From Chrysemys picta bellii (taxonomy: Eukaryota), in contig NC_088792.1 of NCBI RefSeq assembly GCF_011386835.1, forward strand, positions 57,722,001 to 57,786,000: a DNA stretch of 64,000 nt. Direction: 5' to 3'. The position numbers and the translations under genes were made by a program. How positions within the stretch are numbered: the first letter of the stretch is position 1; each line of letters begins with the position of its first letter. The notes under the pieces were generated by a model. That model was not told the origin of the DNA and searched no databases. It saw only the letters and a list, made by a program, of their open reading frames with translations. Of the stretch, positions 48,381 to 61,534 are shown piece after piece.

Positions 48381-51300
48381 TCTGATGGTCCATTCAGGGA
48401 TTTAATGTGGTTTAAGTAATCCATTTCAAATTCACACCTTTAGTTCATTAAGAGACATCTAGTAAAATTAATGTCTGTAAACAAGACTTACGTTTCAGAT
48501 TTAGAACCAAATTCTGCCCTCAGTTATACTTGTACAACCCCATTGAAGACAGAAGGAGCCTATTTTTTCCCCAGGTTATATGGGAACGACTCTCACTGCA
48601 GTAAATGAGTGTTGCAGCCATGTAACTGAGGGAATAGTTTGTCTTTTAGTGATGATATGTGAGCCAGAATGAATGCAACCTGATTTTCAGATCGAGGTTG
48701 TGTTTACAGGGCTGGCGGTTGGAGGAGTGTGGGGGACATTTTCACTTGTAAACTGAGCTAACGATGTACAGTGTACCTTTTGAGAGGCATAGAAAACTTG
48801 CACTTTACTTTCACATTCCCTGAGTGGGGCAGGGAAGGAAAGGAAAATTACTTAGTTTCCATCAGTGGTTATAGGATTAGAGTGATGAGACTATGAAATG
48901 AAAATAACAGCTGCCAATTACTGAATTTGCTTGCCCATGTTGACAGAGTATAGAATTCCAGGAAAGGCAAGTTCAAATACATTTTAAAAAAAACCAACAA
49001 CCTTTAGTTGCAAGATCTAATAAGGGGAGGAAAATCCAACACAAATGATATAGCTGTGGCCAATGGAAAACACACTGGCAAGAACAACTTTAGCATATTG
49101 TTAGAGAACATGAGTTAGAGTGAGTATTAAGTTCACAGTGAAACATTACAACATTAGCTGATAAAAGCAGGTTACGGAGAGGGAACTGGACTGGTAAGAA
49201 GACTGTTAGTGGGGTATGAAGACTTTGAACTTCTTGAGGTCCTTGTCTGAAATTCTGCTCAGGCTGGCAGTGACAAAAAGCAGCATATGTGAAAAGAGAT
49301 TTGTCTCAGTGCATTTCATCATGGACTGGTGTCCAGTCAGACACTAGACCCACCACTGCAGTAGCTATTCAGTGGGTGTGACATGGATACCATACATTTC
49401 ATGGCTAGTGCATTCAGCACAGGATTAAGACAGTGTGGAGACAAGTACGTCCATACTCTACCTGCTCTGTGGCTAAAAGGCTCACCATAGTCTCCCCCAT
49501 GGCAGCATCCTATCCTTTTGGGGGGGGGGGGGAGGGGGAGGAAGTGGGAATAGGAGTAAGACATGAGTCACAGAATTAATATCAAACATCAGTGGGTTGT
49601 TGTACCATTCTCTGACCTAAATGCTGTACTGAGTTCTGTTCATCATGTGGGGAAAAACAAAACCTTCCCCTGATTATGTTCTGTTATGAGAGTTGTGTTG
49701 TGTGGGGTGAATTACTCACCATGCTGGGATAATGCCAAGATAGAGATAGTGTGAAAACCAGTTATTTATTCACTGTTTTTTTTTAATTAATAAATTTATT
49801 TGGCAAACAGTTTGCACTGCTTTGACTTGTTTCAGAGCTTGCTTTTCAGAATTAAGGAATCGAGTTTTTTAATTGTTCTAAGAGAAGTTTGGTTCCTGGT
49901 TCCTAACCGAGCCAGTTTGTGTTGATCTATACAAATATTTATATAAAGGTAGAATTACAACAAATCACATATAATTCCTCACCACACTCAAAGCACAAAC
50001 AAAGCAGAGAGGATTAGAATAGGATGACGCCACATAGTATGACTCTGAAATTGAAAACAGCCATTGACCTAAAAGGTCTGGGTGATCTAACCGTGCATAA
50101 CTAGAGCTGTAATTACCTATCTTAGTTTGTTGCCTTATGTATAGCATCAATCTCTTTCAGCAACTGGGCCCTGTAGGGTGGGCAAATAGTTCAGGAGTAA
50201 AACTGATCTTTTGCCCAGGGTGCCATCTGTAAGTCAGCTTTTTAACTATATTTTGTCATAAGTATTTTTGTATGCCTCTGCATCACTGAAATTGGTGGTG
50301 TAATTGTCATTGGGGGAATGTTAATGCCCAGGGGTTAATTTATGTAGAAGGGAAAGAAAGAAAGGAAGAAAGAAAGGAAGGACAATGATATTTCTTCTAG
50401 GAAGAAGTGGTGGTTAATCACTGAGACTACTTAATTATGTAACTATACCTATCTTTATTGTACCTTGTCTTCCATCCTACCTTGCCCTTGTTCCATCTGA
50501 CTGCACTTTAGCAGAAACCTAGCCAATGAGCTCTTTGATGAGGCGGCTGTCTGAGTTACATTCATTTGTAAAATGCCCAACACAATGGGGCCTGGTCCCT
50601 GACTGGAGCGTCTAGTCACTACCATTGGGTGAATAACAAATAATAGTTGCAAAACAATTGAGCAACTATAGTAAGAGGAGCGGCAAAACTTGGAGGAGGC
50701 TACAAAAACATGAAAATAAAAGAGGAGCTGCAGAGAGAGGGTTTTGGCAATGGAGGAGAATGAGAACAGAAATACCCTACATCACAATCAAGTTTGGGAC
50801 CACAGGCTGATTCACTGATGTGTTTTATCTACCCTGCAGGTAAGTATGGATCATCACAGACATTCTGAAGTAGTGCAGAAGGCACTAAAATTAGACTCCA
50901 ACTAAATGAGAATCCGTCCTAGGCCTACTCCTTATCAACATGGGGGAATTAATGCTAGGCCTCCTGGACTACAGTGCTTGAATTCACCATATCCCAAAGT
51001 TCTGCCTGGGGAGGGAAATCAATGTAGCCAGATCCTTGGGTACAGCCAACGTGCACAGAAAGGAAGTCAGTCTGTGGTGTGCAAAAGGAGTTTTAAAGCT
51101 TTCCTTTGCACGGCCCTGATTCTGGTGCTTTTTACATACCATTTCCCTCACTCACACCAGCCTGTAATGCCATGGAGGACTGAAAATGTTGCCCAAAATT
51201 GGCATCTTGTGAGCCTGACCATGCCTCCTTTTTTCTAGCCATGCCCCTTTCTCCCCAGGAAGGATCTGACCTGCACTAGTGAAGTGTATGGAACTTCTAG

Positions 51301-51978
51301 AACAGGCCTTAAGCTGGAGGTAAAGAGTATGTGGTGTGTATATAAGCTCTTATGTCAGCTCAGTGTCATTTCAGGATCACTGGGGTGAACCACTCTGAGC
51401 TGGCTAGGCTGAGTTTATGGTTTACACATGACAAAAGTACATACAGCATCAAGCAGCCTCAGTACACCCACGGACTTGGCCCCATATTTCCGCTGTCTCT
51501 GAAGTTCATAAACCAGAACGCTGCTTATAAAAACCATCCTCCAGATGTCCCAGAAATATCCTTCAGAGGAAGAGTTTTACAACCAATAAAGCTCCACAGT
51601 ATAAAGACTGAGATGTATTGCCTCACTGTCAAAACTACTCTACGTTTCTGGAAAAATGTTTTATAGTGTAGCAGTAGGGGGAAAGGACGTTTCTTTTGAC
51701 TTGGAGATGGGAACACCTGGGAGTAGCTATATAAAAACAGACACCAATGAAGTAAAATATTATTCTGTGAATATGAGGACTATCTTGTGGACTTCTTCCC
51801 TGATTATTGGTACTAGAAAAAGATACCTGTCTTACATGATTATTAGGACTAGAAAGATACATCTACCTGAGTGGTTTGAGGTTGGAACTTTCCCACTATG
51901 GCTTATATGCACTTGGTCTACTTGATCTTGGAAGAGAAAACAGACAAGACCTCTGAAAGAGGTCATGCTAGAAGAGAG

Positions 51979-51991
51979 AGGTCAAAGGTCA
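51979..51991 (+). promoter_or_regulatory. Perfect DR1 nuclear-receptor element
   Basis: AGGTCA-A-AGGTCA, with an extra AGGTCA at 51960-51965. Confidence 0.45.
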
Positions 51992-53194
51992 CCTGAATTA
52001 GAATGTGAGAGTGGAAGCAAGGATGAAAATTCAGCAGAAGACTGTCAATGGGGAGACACTAAACAGAGAACCTCCAATAATGGCCCAAAGTCACTGAAAT
52101 AATCCATGAATTAGGGTTCTACTGGGTTCTACCTGCTGGCTAAAATATGGGAATAAAGGAACAGAGCTGGGTGAGAACTGGATTTTCTGCTTCACAGGAA
52201 ATTCTAAGGCTTCAGTTTTTTTTTTCTATTCCCAAAATGGAACAAAACCAAAAAATGTTGTGCAAAATAAAAAATTTGGGGGGAAAAAATCACTTTGGGT
52301 CAATCAAAATGTCTAGTTTCAATTAAAACTGAAACAATTCATTCTGATTTTGGCTTTATGTTTATAAATTTTTTAAAAGTGGCAGTCATTTTGAAATGGA
52401 AAGCCAAATTGTTTTCATTCTGAAAAGGTCAAAATGGAACGCTTTGACTTTATTGAAATGCTTAATTCTGGTTTTGTTACTCAGTGAAATTTTATTGAAA
52501 TGGACGTGTTTCTGCAAAACATTGAGCTTTTTGCAAATTAATCCTTTTCCAATGGAAAAACATACATCAAAAAATTTTCCGCCCCTACAAAGGAGTGCAT
52601 GGGAAAACATCTTTTAAAATTATTTTTTCCTGCCTCTTCTCTTTGGACAGTCTTTGATAATGCCTCATCCTTTTTACCTTAAAAGTGAAGGTTCACAGTA
52701 GATGATTTTCCAACATCCTCTGTAATGAAGACTTGATGCAAAGAAATTATTTAGCTTAATCCCTGGAATGTCCTTATTCTCTTTATTGCTCTCTCTTACT
52801 TCTTTGATTTCAGCAGACTTGGCATTTATAACAGTTTTATCACTTTGGCTTTTTGCTCTTTTAAATTCTTTTTAAAATCTCCTTATGTCCCTCTTACACT
52901 TTAACCGCCATAGTGCTTGCTCCTTCTATTGGCTTAATTTGGGTTATTTTCCATTTTCTGTTAGATACCAGATTGGTTTAAATGACCTTTTGAGATTTGA
53001 GCTTTAACCAAACCATGTATTTGTTGTCTTCGTACTGCCTTTATTTTGTGAAAAGATGTACATGCCTTGTCTGATGCTGTTTCGGGGCATGGTAGTAGTG
53101 TTCTAAATGTTTCCTATCCCAATGTTTTTGGTATGAGTCCACCCAAATTACATTAATTTTTGTCTTCTCCTATGGTCACTACTATGTAGTAGCT

Positions 53195-54852
53195 CAGGGG
53201 TCGGCAACCTTTCAGAAGTGGTGTGCCGAGTCTTCATTTATTCACTCTGATTTAAGGTTTCATGTGCCAGTCATACATTTTAACATTTTTGGAAGGTCTC
53301 TTTCTATAAGTCTATAATATATAACTAAACTATCATTGTATGTAAAGTAAATAGGTTTTTTAAATGTTTAAGAAGCTTCATTTAAAATTAAATTAAAATG
53401 CAGAGCCCCCCAGACCGGTGGGCAAGACTCGGGCAGTGTGAGTGCCACTGAAAACACTGCTCTACAGCCAAAATGCTTCTGAAATAAATGTAGTCAAACT
53501 TTACTAATTCTGGGCCACTGAGAATGAAAATGATGCTTAAAATTGTTGATTGGCTCTAGTTTTCAAGATATGCTATTGGGTCAGTATATACGACCCTTGA
53601 CTTGGAAATGGCAGAGGATAAGTGAGTTATAAAGGGAAGGGATCTCAATTTAAACCAGAAATGACTAAAATACATCTTTGACTGGATCTATGAATAAATC
53701 TATGACTGGGTTTGGACAGTACTTGCTTTTTAGGCAAAACAATGAATGATGCAATCTCAAGCAGATATTGCGTCATACATGATATGAATTGCATCATGTT
53801 ATTCCTAGAAGTCATGGATGATGCAATCATAACGAAGCTTACATCACTCTGCTGAACAAATTGCCCTATATCAGCTCTAGAAATCATACAGTGTCGTGCT
53901 CTCTTATTTGTCAGTGTTTGATTTTGCAAAGGGACACATTTCTGTTTAGCCAAAGTGAGCAGAGATGCCTCGTACTTGTGTGAACAGTGCAGATAACTTC
54001 TGCTATGTTTGTGGTGAAGTGACTTTTGCATCACAAAGGCTTTCTTAACCATAGTGGTTATACTGCGCTTATCACCTTTATTTTGGCTGCAAAATTGGAG
54101 ATCAGGACAAGAGGTGGGCCCCACACATATGCTGCAACACATGTGCAACAAATCTTCGCCAGTGGTTGAACAGGAAAAGGAAATCTATGCCTTTTGCAGT
54201 GCCAATGATTTGGAGAGAGCCAACAGATCATACCAGCAATTGTTACTTCTGCATGGTGCCTCCAGTTGGGAAAGGTGTGTCAAAGAAGAAAAAGTGGACT
54301 GTGCATTATCCAAACATTCCATCAGCTATAGGCCCAGTACCCCACGGAGAAGGACTGCCGGTTCCTGATGCACCAGAATCATTCTCACTTGAGTCAGACA
54401 GGAAGAGGAAAAGGATGAAACTTCTGGTCCTGAACCATCAATGTCACAGGACCCACATTTTCTCCCATCCTGCTCCTCTGAACCACACCTCATAACACAA
54501 GGTGAACTGAATGACCTTGTCAGGGATTTGGAACTACCCAAGAGTAAGGCAGAGCTGTTGGGCTCCAGACTACAGCAGTGGAATCTCCTGGCAGGTGATG
54601 TTAGGGTTTCCATGTTCCGTGACCGTCAAAAGGATCTTGTCCCATTCTTCTTCATGGAAGGTGATCTTGTAGCCTGCAACAACATCGATGGTGTGATGGC
54701 AGCCCTCAACATTGTTCACAATCCAGCACATCAAAATACATAATAAATAGCACATTTTATCTCTGAAGCAGACGACTTCTCAAAAATTGTAGACCAGTGG
54801 AATCAGCTCACGTGCAGCCTTTGGCACACGTGTCATAGGTTGCCTACCCCTG
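53195..54852 (+). mobile_element. hAT non-autonomous element (host of Chapaev3 copy 2)
   Basis: TIR CAGGGGTCGGCAACCT / AGGTTGCCTACCCCTG (15/16); exact 8-bp TSD TAGTAGCT (53187-53194, 54853-54860). Confidence 0.93.
53455..54799 (+). mobile_element. Internally deleted second Chapaev3 copy (1345 bp) nested in a hAT MITE
   Basis: Both termini intact (CACTGCTCTACA / TGTAGACCAGTG). 3 mismatches in the first 214 bp versus copy 1. ATG at 53965 (MPRTCVNSADNFCYVCGE). About 1.2 kb deleted after ...LNIVHNP. TSD AAA/GAA. Confidence 0.92.
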
Positions 54853-55008
54853 TAGTAGCTCATTTATAATTACTTCACTGTGCTAGTGTTATATCCACCA
54901 CAGCATTCACTTACCAGGTTTGGTGGGTGGTTGTGGCATTTTCATAACACTTTCTTGTAGTTCGGTCTCAGGTAAAAACCAACAAATGACTGAAGAAAAA
55001 TTGTAAAA

Positions 55009-55037
<29 letters not shown>
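55009..55037 (+). repeat. (AAT)n microsatellite
   Basis: About 9 uninterrupted units. Confidence 0.95.
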
Positions 55038-55040
<3 letters not shown>

Positions 55041-55128
55041 TCCGTTATGAATCTACTCTGATCTGGATGATATTTACTACGTGTTTTTCTTTTTTGTTGT
55101 TTATTATTGAAGATAGTAACAAACATCC

Positions 55129-56711
55129 TGTCAGGAATAAGGATGTGCAGTAGAGCCAGTCTCCAGATGGCCTAATGAGAGTAGCTGCCTACTTGGCTAC
55201 CCCATCTCATTGGTGGGAAGAATCAGAAGACTGGCTCTTAAGCCCAGCACCAGTTTGGCAGTTTCAAGCTGTCTGGAATGGCTCAGGAGCATGAGTATCG
55301 ACCTCAGGGCAGGTTACAAACCAGGCTGTGAGTTCTATACTTAGATTTCACCAACCCAATATCAAGTGTGAACTCCTCAAGGACTAGATCAGCCTTATAA
55401 TGGAGTCACAGACAGTCCCCTGGGGTATTCTGATCTATCTTGACACTCGGGCAAGTTTGCCATTGGGATAGATGGTCCCTTACACCAAACATCACAACAG
55501 GACTCAGGTTACTCTCAGTCCCAAAGGATCAGTACTTACTCCAGATCAGTTGCACCTTTGATCCTATAGCAAAGACAACACTTGTTGCCAATCCTTTAAT
55601 AAATTAACTGAAGGTTTATTTACTAAAAATAAGAAATTAGTTACAAGGTTAAAGCAGGTAAACATACACACATAAATGTGTTATAGTCTTAGGTGATAGA
55701 GGCTACTGTAATATGCAAGCTCTATACATCCTCTAGGGCTAACCCAGGCTAAGCAGTTGGGGTTCCCTTACTTATGTTTAGTATCAGAGGGGTAGCCGTG
55801 TTAGTCTGGATCTGTAAAAAACAACAAAGAGTCCTGCGGCACGTCTGACGAAGTGGGCATTCACCCACAAAAGCTTATGCTCCAATACGTCTGTTAGCCT
55901 ATAAGGTGCCACAGGACTCTCTGTTGTTTTTTACTTATGTTTAGAAATCTTGCCCTCCTAAAGTCCAAGCTGCACAGAGCTCCAGCTTCTTGTCAGGGAT
56001 TTTTGTTCCCTTCCCCCAGAGTTGAAGATGATGGGTCAAGTCCCCAGGCATGTCTCCTCTTCAGGGTGTGGGGAGAGCAATTAACAAAGTCTTTGTTCTC
56101 TGATGTTTTACAATGGCTCATTTAGTTTCAATGGGCCTTCTTGGTGGGCAGGATCTAACACCTTTTGTAGGAAGCCAGCATTTTACATTGCTTAATGTTC
56201 CGTTCCTGCTTGATGACTTACACAGTTACAGAGGTTTACAACGCAAACACTCAATGTAACCTTATAATATGGGGTACAGATGTTAAAGTGAGATTACTAC
56301 ATGCTGCATCCTACAAGCATTTCATAAAATCTGAACACATTTTCATAAACTTAACACCTATTTTAACAAGACTAACACACAGGGGAGCCAGACTGGTTTC
56401 CAGCTACGCATTGTTCAGTGCTCAGTTGAGGCCTAGGAGCTATGGCATGAGCTGGTACCTGGTATGCCAGCATCACAGGCGGCTGCTCAATGCATTCGCC
56501 CATGGCTGCGGTAGCGCCTGCCCCTGCCTCGCCTCACTCCAGATAACCTGGCTCTGTCCACTCCGTTCCAATTCCTGACTTCTGACTTTGGCTCTGACCC
56601 TTGGCTTTGGCCTCTGGCCTTTGACTCCTGCTCTGATCCTCGCTCCCCTTCCTGATTACCGACGCCTGCTCCCATCACTAGGCACGACCACTGATGTCCC
56701 AGTTTCTGACA
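55129..56711. mobile_element. Outer LTR-like element interrupted by a second LTR-like element (about 55262-56477)
   Basis: Outer ends TGTCAGGA...TTCTGACA (TSD only 3/5). The inner element ends CATCACA and is flanked by GGCAG/GGCGG. Confidence 0.55.
55782..55930. mobile_element. Penelope-like insert within an LTR
   Basis: GGGGTAGCCGTGTTAGTCTGG motif plus an inverted part; 14-bp direct repeat TTACTTATGTTTAG (55768-55781, 55931-55944). Confidence 0.8.
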
Positions 56712-58410
56712 CAAACTCTTTTCATACAAAGAGTTCAGTGTGTCCCTTTTACTTCTCTATTTTGAAATCCTAATCCTACCATAATGATGCTGTTATAATT
56801 TCCATAGCAACTAATTGATATAAAAATGACTCCATACAGGGAATAAGCAACAGGAGCAGATGAACTTTTAGGAAACAATTATATTTTCATGCAGGTAATC
56901 AGTAGTACTAAAGAACATGGGACAAAAAGTAGAATACATTACATTAGCAGAATGGTTTCTAAATAGATTGACATTTCAAAGAAAGTGTTGAAAAATAGTG
57001 TCCCCTTAAACTTAGAGTGCTGGGACTTGCACACACAGTCAGTATTGTTAGCCATGCATCTCTCCCCTACCAATTTTGTTGTGGCAGAAAATGTACCCAC
57101 TGAAGTGTTTCATGTTACTTTTTATAACTGCTTCCTTGTTCATCATTTCAGAGAACAGGATGTGCAAGAAAAGACTGACAAACCTCTAGCTGGTATAAAC
57201 CAAACTGCTCATAGCACAGCATCTAGACCTTTTTTCAGCTATGAATAAAATACAGATCTGGCTAAAAGGGTCTAGACAGGATTTCCTTTATGGAGCACTA
57301 GCTGTTTTGTGGTTGGAAAGCAGTAGCATAATAGAAACAACCCCTCCCCCCTCATAATAGATTGTCCATTTTCATTGGCAATTTTGTAGTCCTGTTAGAT
57401 TTTTATTTGTATTACAAGATAGAACATGTTTTAAATGTGACAAGGATCCCTGGAGTTTGAGTTCCAGTGTGTAATGCAATCAGTTATTAGCAATTCCAAC
57501 CCCCATTTTTCCCCGCCGCAGAGGCCTCCTGGCAGTGTGAAGTTTCTGTGCACAAGGGAGGGCAGATTTTGGGTGGCTGAATAAAGGGGCATGTACCCCG
57601 GGCATAGTCCGAGTTCAGCTTCATGGAGACTCCTTGCACATAAGATGAGGATGGGAAACAGGTGGGCTGGAGACTGAACATGAGGATCTACTGTTATATG
57701 GATTCTCCCATCCTTGCCCCACTGCAGAGGACATACAAGGAGCTACAGGGACTACGCTGTCCATTAGACTGGAAAATGTTCTGTGCGGCTCCTGCATGGA
57801 GGTGGGGGGGAGTAGTCTTAGGGAGGGTATTAGAGTGCTTGAATTCACACAATGGTAATCTAAATCTATCACTGGCAGATAGATTTGGTATTTATGGTGC
57901 ACCATGGTGGGGTTTCGTGTCCCTGTCTTATGGCTTCCTCTGCTCTGTAAGCTTCCTCTGCTCTGCTCCTCTAACCACACCCCACACCGATACTGAATTT
58001 TGTAAAGTGAAACACAGGGAAGAGTCTGGCTAATTAGCACAAAAGTACTGATAAATGTTAGCTCTCCATCAGCAATACCTCCCATTTCCCAAAGCATGGA
58101 ACTCTGGGAAATTTTTTGCAGGTACTACTTGTGGGTCAAAGTTGAATAAGAGCCTGGTCCAAATCCCATGGTAATCCAAGAGAGTGTTTCCACTGACTTT
58201 AAAAGTAATTGTATCAGGCCCTAAAATCACATATATTGATGTAGAACTTGCTTTAATGGGAATGTTGGAATGGTTTAACTGTAGATCTTGCGCTGCTTTA
58301 AGCCACAGCCACATGTGTCAAATAAAACCCAAACTGACAATAAACACACCCTGCTAGGGTTCTCATCAGCTCAGTGAAAGTTTGCTGTTGTGTGTCTGAG
58401 GTAATGTGTC

Positions 58411-58442
58411 TGTTTTGTTTTGTTTTGTTTTGTTTTGTTTTT
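58411..58442 (+). repeat. (TGTTT)n microsatellite
   Basis: About 6 units. Confidence 0.9.
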
Positions 58443-60265
58443 AAACGATTGCTGTTTGAAGAGCCCTTGTTTTACACAGGAAATCTGTCCTTGCTCACTT
58501 TGAGACTGATTCAGACGGGAACTTTTAATAATCAGGAAGTTTGGCTCTTAAAGTGAAATGTGACCCAAGCAGCTGAGCTGCAAATAAGAAGTTGTGATTG
58601 AAAAGGCATCTTCATGAAATGAATAATTGAAAATATCTGGCCTCATTTTAGACATTTATGGTAGCATACTGGATCTTTATAGTAAACAAGAAGAGATGAC
58701 AAGAAACACTTTCAGATGTGGTCACGGAGCTCTGAATGCAGTTAGAGGAAAGCAGAGTTCATTCCTCCATGTGGAAAACAAATTTTTCCATAAATTTCTG
58801 TACGTACAAAAGTAAAATGCATTGCATGTCTAATGTAAGACACATGGCAATATTCAAGATCTGTATTTAAAATGCGGTAAAGCTGGATAAAGTAAATTAG
58901 TATTTATATTAAGATTGCATTGAAGGACCCAATCAGGATTGGAGGCTTAGTGTACTAGGCATTGTACAAACACATCAGAGTCCCCACCCAGAAGCATTGA
59001 CAAAAAACAAAGGATGAGGAAAATGGTTACAACATACAAGCAAAAGGTCAGGGTTGTTCAGGTATGTGTCACATTAGTTTGGGGGTGGGATAAAGACACT
59101 TGGGGTTAAATTAGGACAGAGGCAAGGATTGTTGGTGCAAGAAAGGGATGTCTACAAAAAAGAGAGGAAGACTGACAAGGCGGGGAGATAGGAAAGGGTA
59201 AAAGAGAGTAGAAATATGGCGGGATGAAGATGAAAAACACAGTGGCCCACAAGAGCGAGGCTGGGTTGCTAAGGGCTGCAGTGGTAGGAGTGGGACGAGA
59301 TGAAGGTGACCAAAAGCAGCACTGCAAATGAGAAAAATATCTTGAGACTAAATTACAGAGTTGGGTGAGTGACACTGCCTTGAGGCTGCAGCTGCTCTTC
59401 TCCATGTGAAGGGGGGCAGGAGAGTCTGTTAGGCCCAGCGCCTTGGGGGTCCATCTGGGGAAGGAAGGGTTGGCTAGCCAATTGTTATGACATGCACAGT
59501 ATAATACGGAATAGCTAAGTTGGTTGTTAAAAGTGAAACGTGAATGTAGAGGTGAGTATTTTATAGATGGTAGCATAACAGCTCTGGGGCGGAGGGCATG
59601 CATCCCCAAGCACTCCTGGAGTTACTTTGCACGAGTGTAAGTGATGACAACACAAGGTACAAGGCAGGTGGAATCAGGTCTATTCTGCCTGCCTTCCACA
59701 GGAAGAATACCTCCCCCACTCTAGTTCAGTGCTGTAGAGACTTAACAGAGCCCTTCGGGACTGGTGGTTGAGAGCTCAGCAAAGATATTTGGCCAATACA
59801 CAGCAGCAGTTTAAAAAACAAATGAGATGCTTGAGTTCATTAAAAAAAACCCTACAAAATAATGGAGAAAGTGTTGCTCTAATGTAATAATGCAATGTGA
59901 ATTCAAACTACAGTGCTTCATGTGTTGACATGCAGCGACTTTCTGCTATTATGCTAATTACAGCAAGTTATTATTTTTAATGTTTTTCCAGATTTGGGTA
60001 ATGCTGAATACAAGACTTCAGAGTGTTTTTGAGCTGATGGATTGGAGAGGCAGTGGTGCAGAACACACTGTAAGAGCAAAAAATAAAATTAAAGTGAAAA
60101 CATTTTACATATTTTCAGTGACTTTTAAAACTATTTATCGTTTGTGTCAGTTGAAATACCTACCAATTATTTTAGTTTAAAAATATGCTAGTTTCAGGTA
60201 GCTCAGAGGCAGGGACTTTAATCTTTTTTTTTTTTTTTATACAGCACCTAGCACCTTACAAAGCA

Positions 60266-60366
60266 CTGGCTGGGATGATTTAATTGGTGTTGGTCCTGCT
60301 TTGAGCAGGAGGTTGGACTAGATGACCTCCTGAGGTCTCTTCCAATCCTAATCTTCTATGATTCTT
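60266..60366 (+). mobile_element. CR1 or CR1-tailed SINE 3' end
   Basis: GGTCCTGCTTTGAGCAGGAGGTTGGACTAGATGACCTCCTGAGGTCTCTTCCAA...CTATGATTCT. Confidence 0.8.
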
Positions 60367-60819
60367 CAAAAGTAGGTTGGGTGTGAACCTTTTAATAAGA
60401 AACCAGATTTCTGTATTGTCTGTAAAAATGACATAATTGCACAGCTGACTATTTTAATCTGGATTTTGCTGTTAATTCCTCTTGGGTGACATCCATCTTC
60501 GCTGTATTGACTCATAATAACAGCACTAAGCAAAACTTTCCAGGAGCAGCTAGAGACTTTCTAAAATCACTTTAAGACACAAAAATGATCTTTCAAAGAG
60601 GAAAGCACTTAAGGAAAGCTCAGGAATCAGCAGATTATAAGTGGAAAGTACAGGACAGGGCTAAAGCGGGGTCACTGGGGAAAGGATGTACACATAGTTG
60701 CTCCTCCTCCAACCCCCCAGAGATCGACAGAAAAGGTGGAGGATATTTAAGGTCTGATTCTCAGAGTGCTGAGAACGTGCAGCTCCCACTGATTCTGGAA
60801 TTCAGGGTGCCCAGTGACA

Positions 60820-61534
60820 TGTTATGGAATCATGACATATTAAAGGCTATTGTTTTAATTGGATGGTCTTGTCAGGAACACAAGCACTGACTAAATGCTC
60901 CAGATAAAGAATGCTTCCCACAGGAACTAAAAACAAGGGGGGAAGGAGGAAATTAATACAAATTCCCAATACTGAAACAATGCAGGTAACAAGTCTTCTG
61001 AAGTTTTACCTGCCTGAGGGAAAAATCACATAGATTGGTCTGACTTGGTTCAAAAGCCTTAGTGGACAAAGAACTTGAAATGGAATAAAACAACCCTGAT
61101 CTGAGAACGGATAGGCATTAGACTGTGACCAATGGAACCAGGCCTGTGGGAGGACCTGAAGTGTTTTAGGCCTACTAGGGTCTCCATGTGGAACAAGGGT
61201 TATACCCGGTAAGCTAGGCATGAATATAAGCTGTTTATTGTTTTGAAGATATGTTTTCTCTGTAATGCCTTTGTTCTGAATAAATAATACTTAACTAGCC
61301 AGCTTTCAGAAAGTAAACCCTGGGAGAACAGACTGCAGGTGCTGAACTGAAGTCAGAGCTGCTGAGGTAATCTCAGTGAATTGCAGGGGTGTGCAGCCTA
61401 AAGCCTTGGACTGGACAGAGACAATCACAGGGGTCTGCCCCAAGAAAGGTGATGCCTGGAAGCCTGAGAGCTAAGTGATATGCCCTTGAGGAGACCACAA
61501 GGAGTTAACCACAGTTAACGTGGGTACTGTGACA
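60820..61534 (+). mobile_element. LTR-like fragment
   Basis: Ends TGTGACA, internal AATAAA near 61279, LTR-like composition; left boundary and TSD not resolved. Confidence 0.4.

Noticed and set aside
49720-49950. Minus-strand ATG|GTGAGT donor with an upstream TATA-like sequence
   Set aside because: Could be a distal alternative first exon, but no compatible downstream frame or other support.
59992-60069. 78-nt open plus-strand exon-like segment (IWVMLNTRLQSVFELMDWRGSGAEHT)
   Set aside because: Isolated and unrecognised, with no partner exons.
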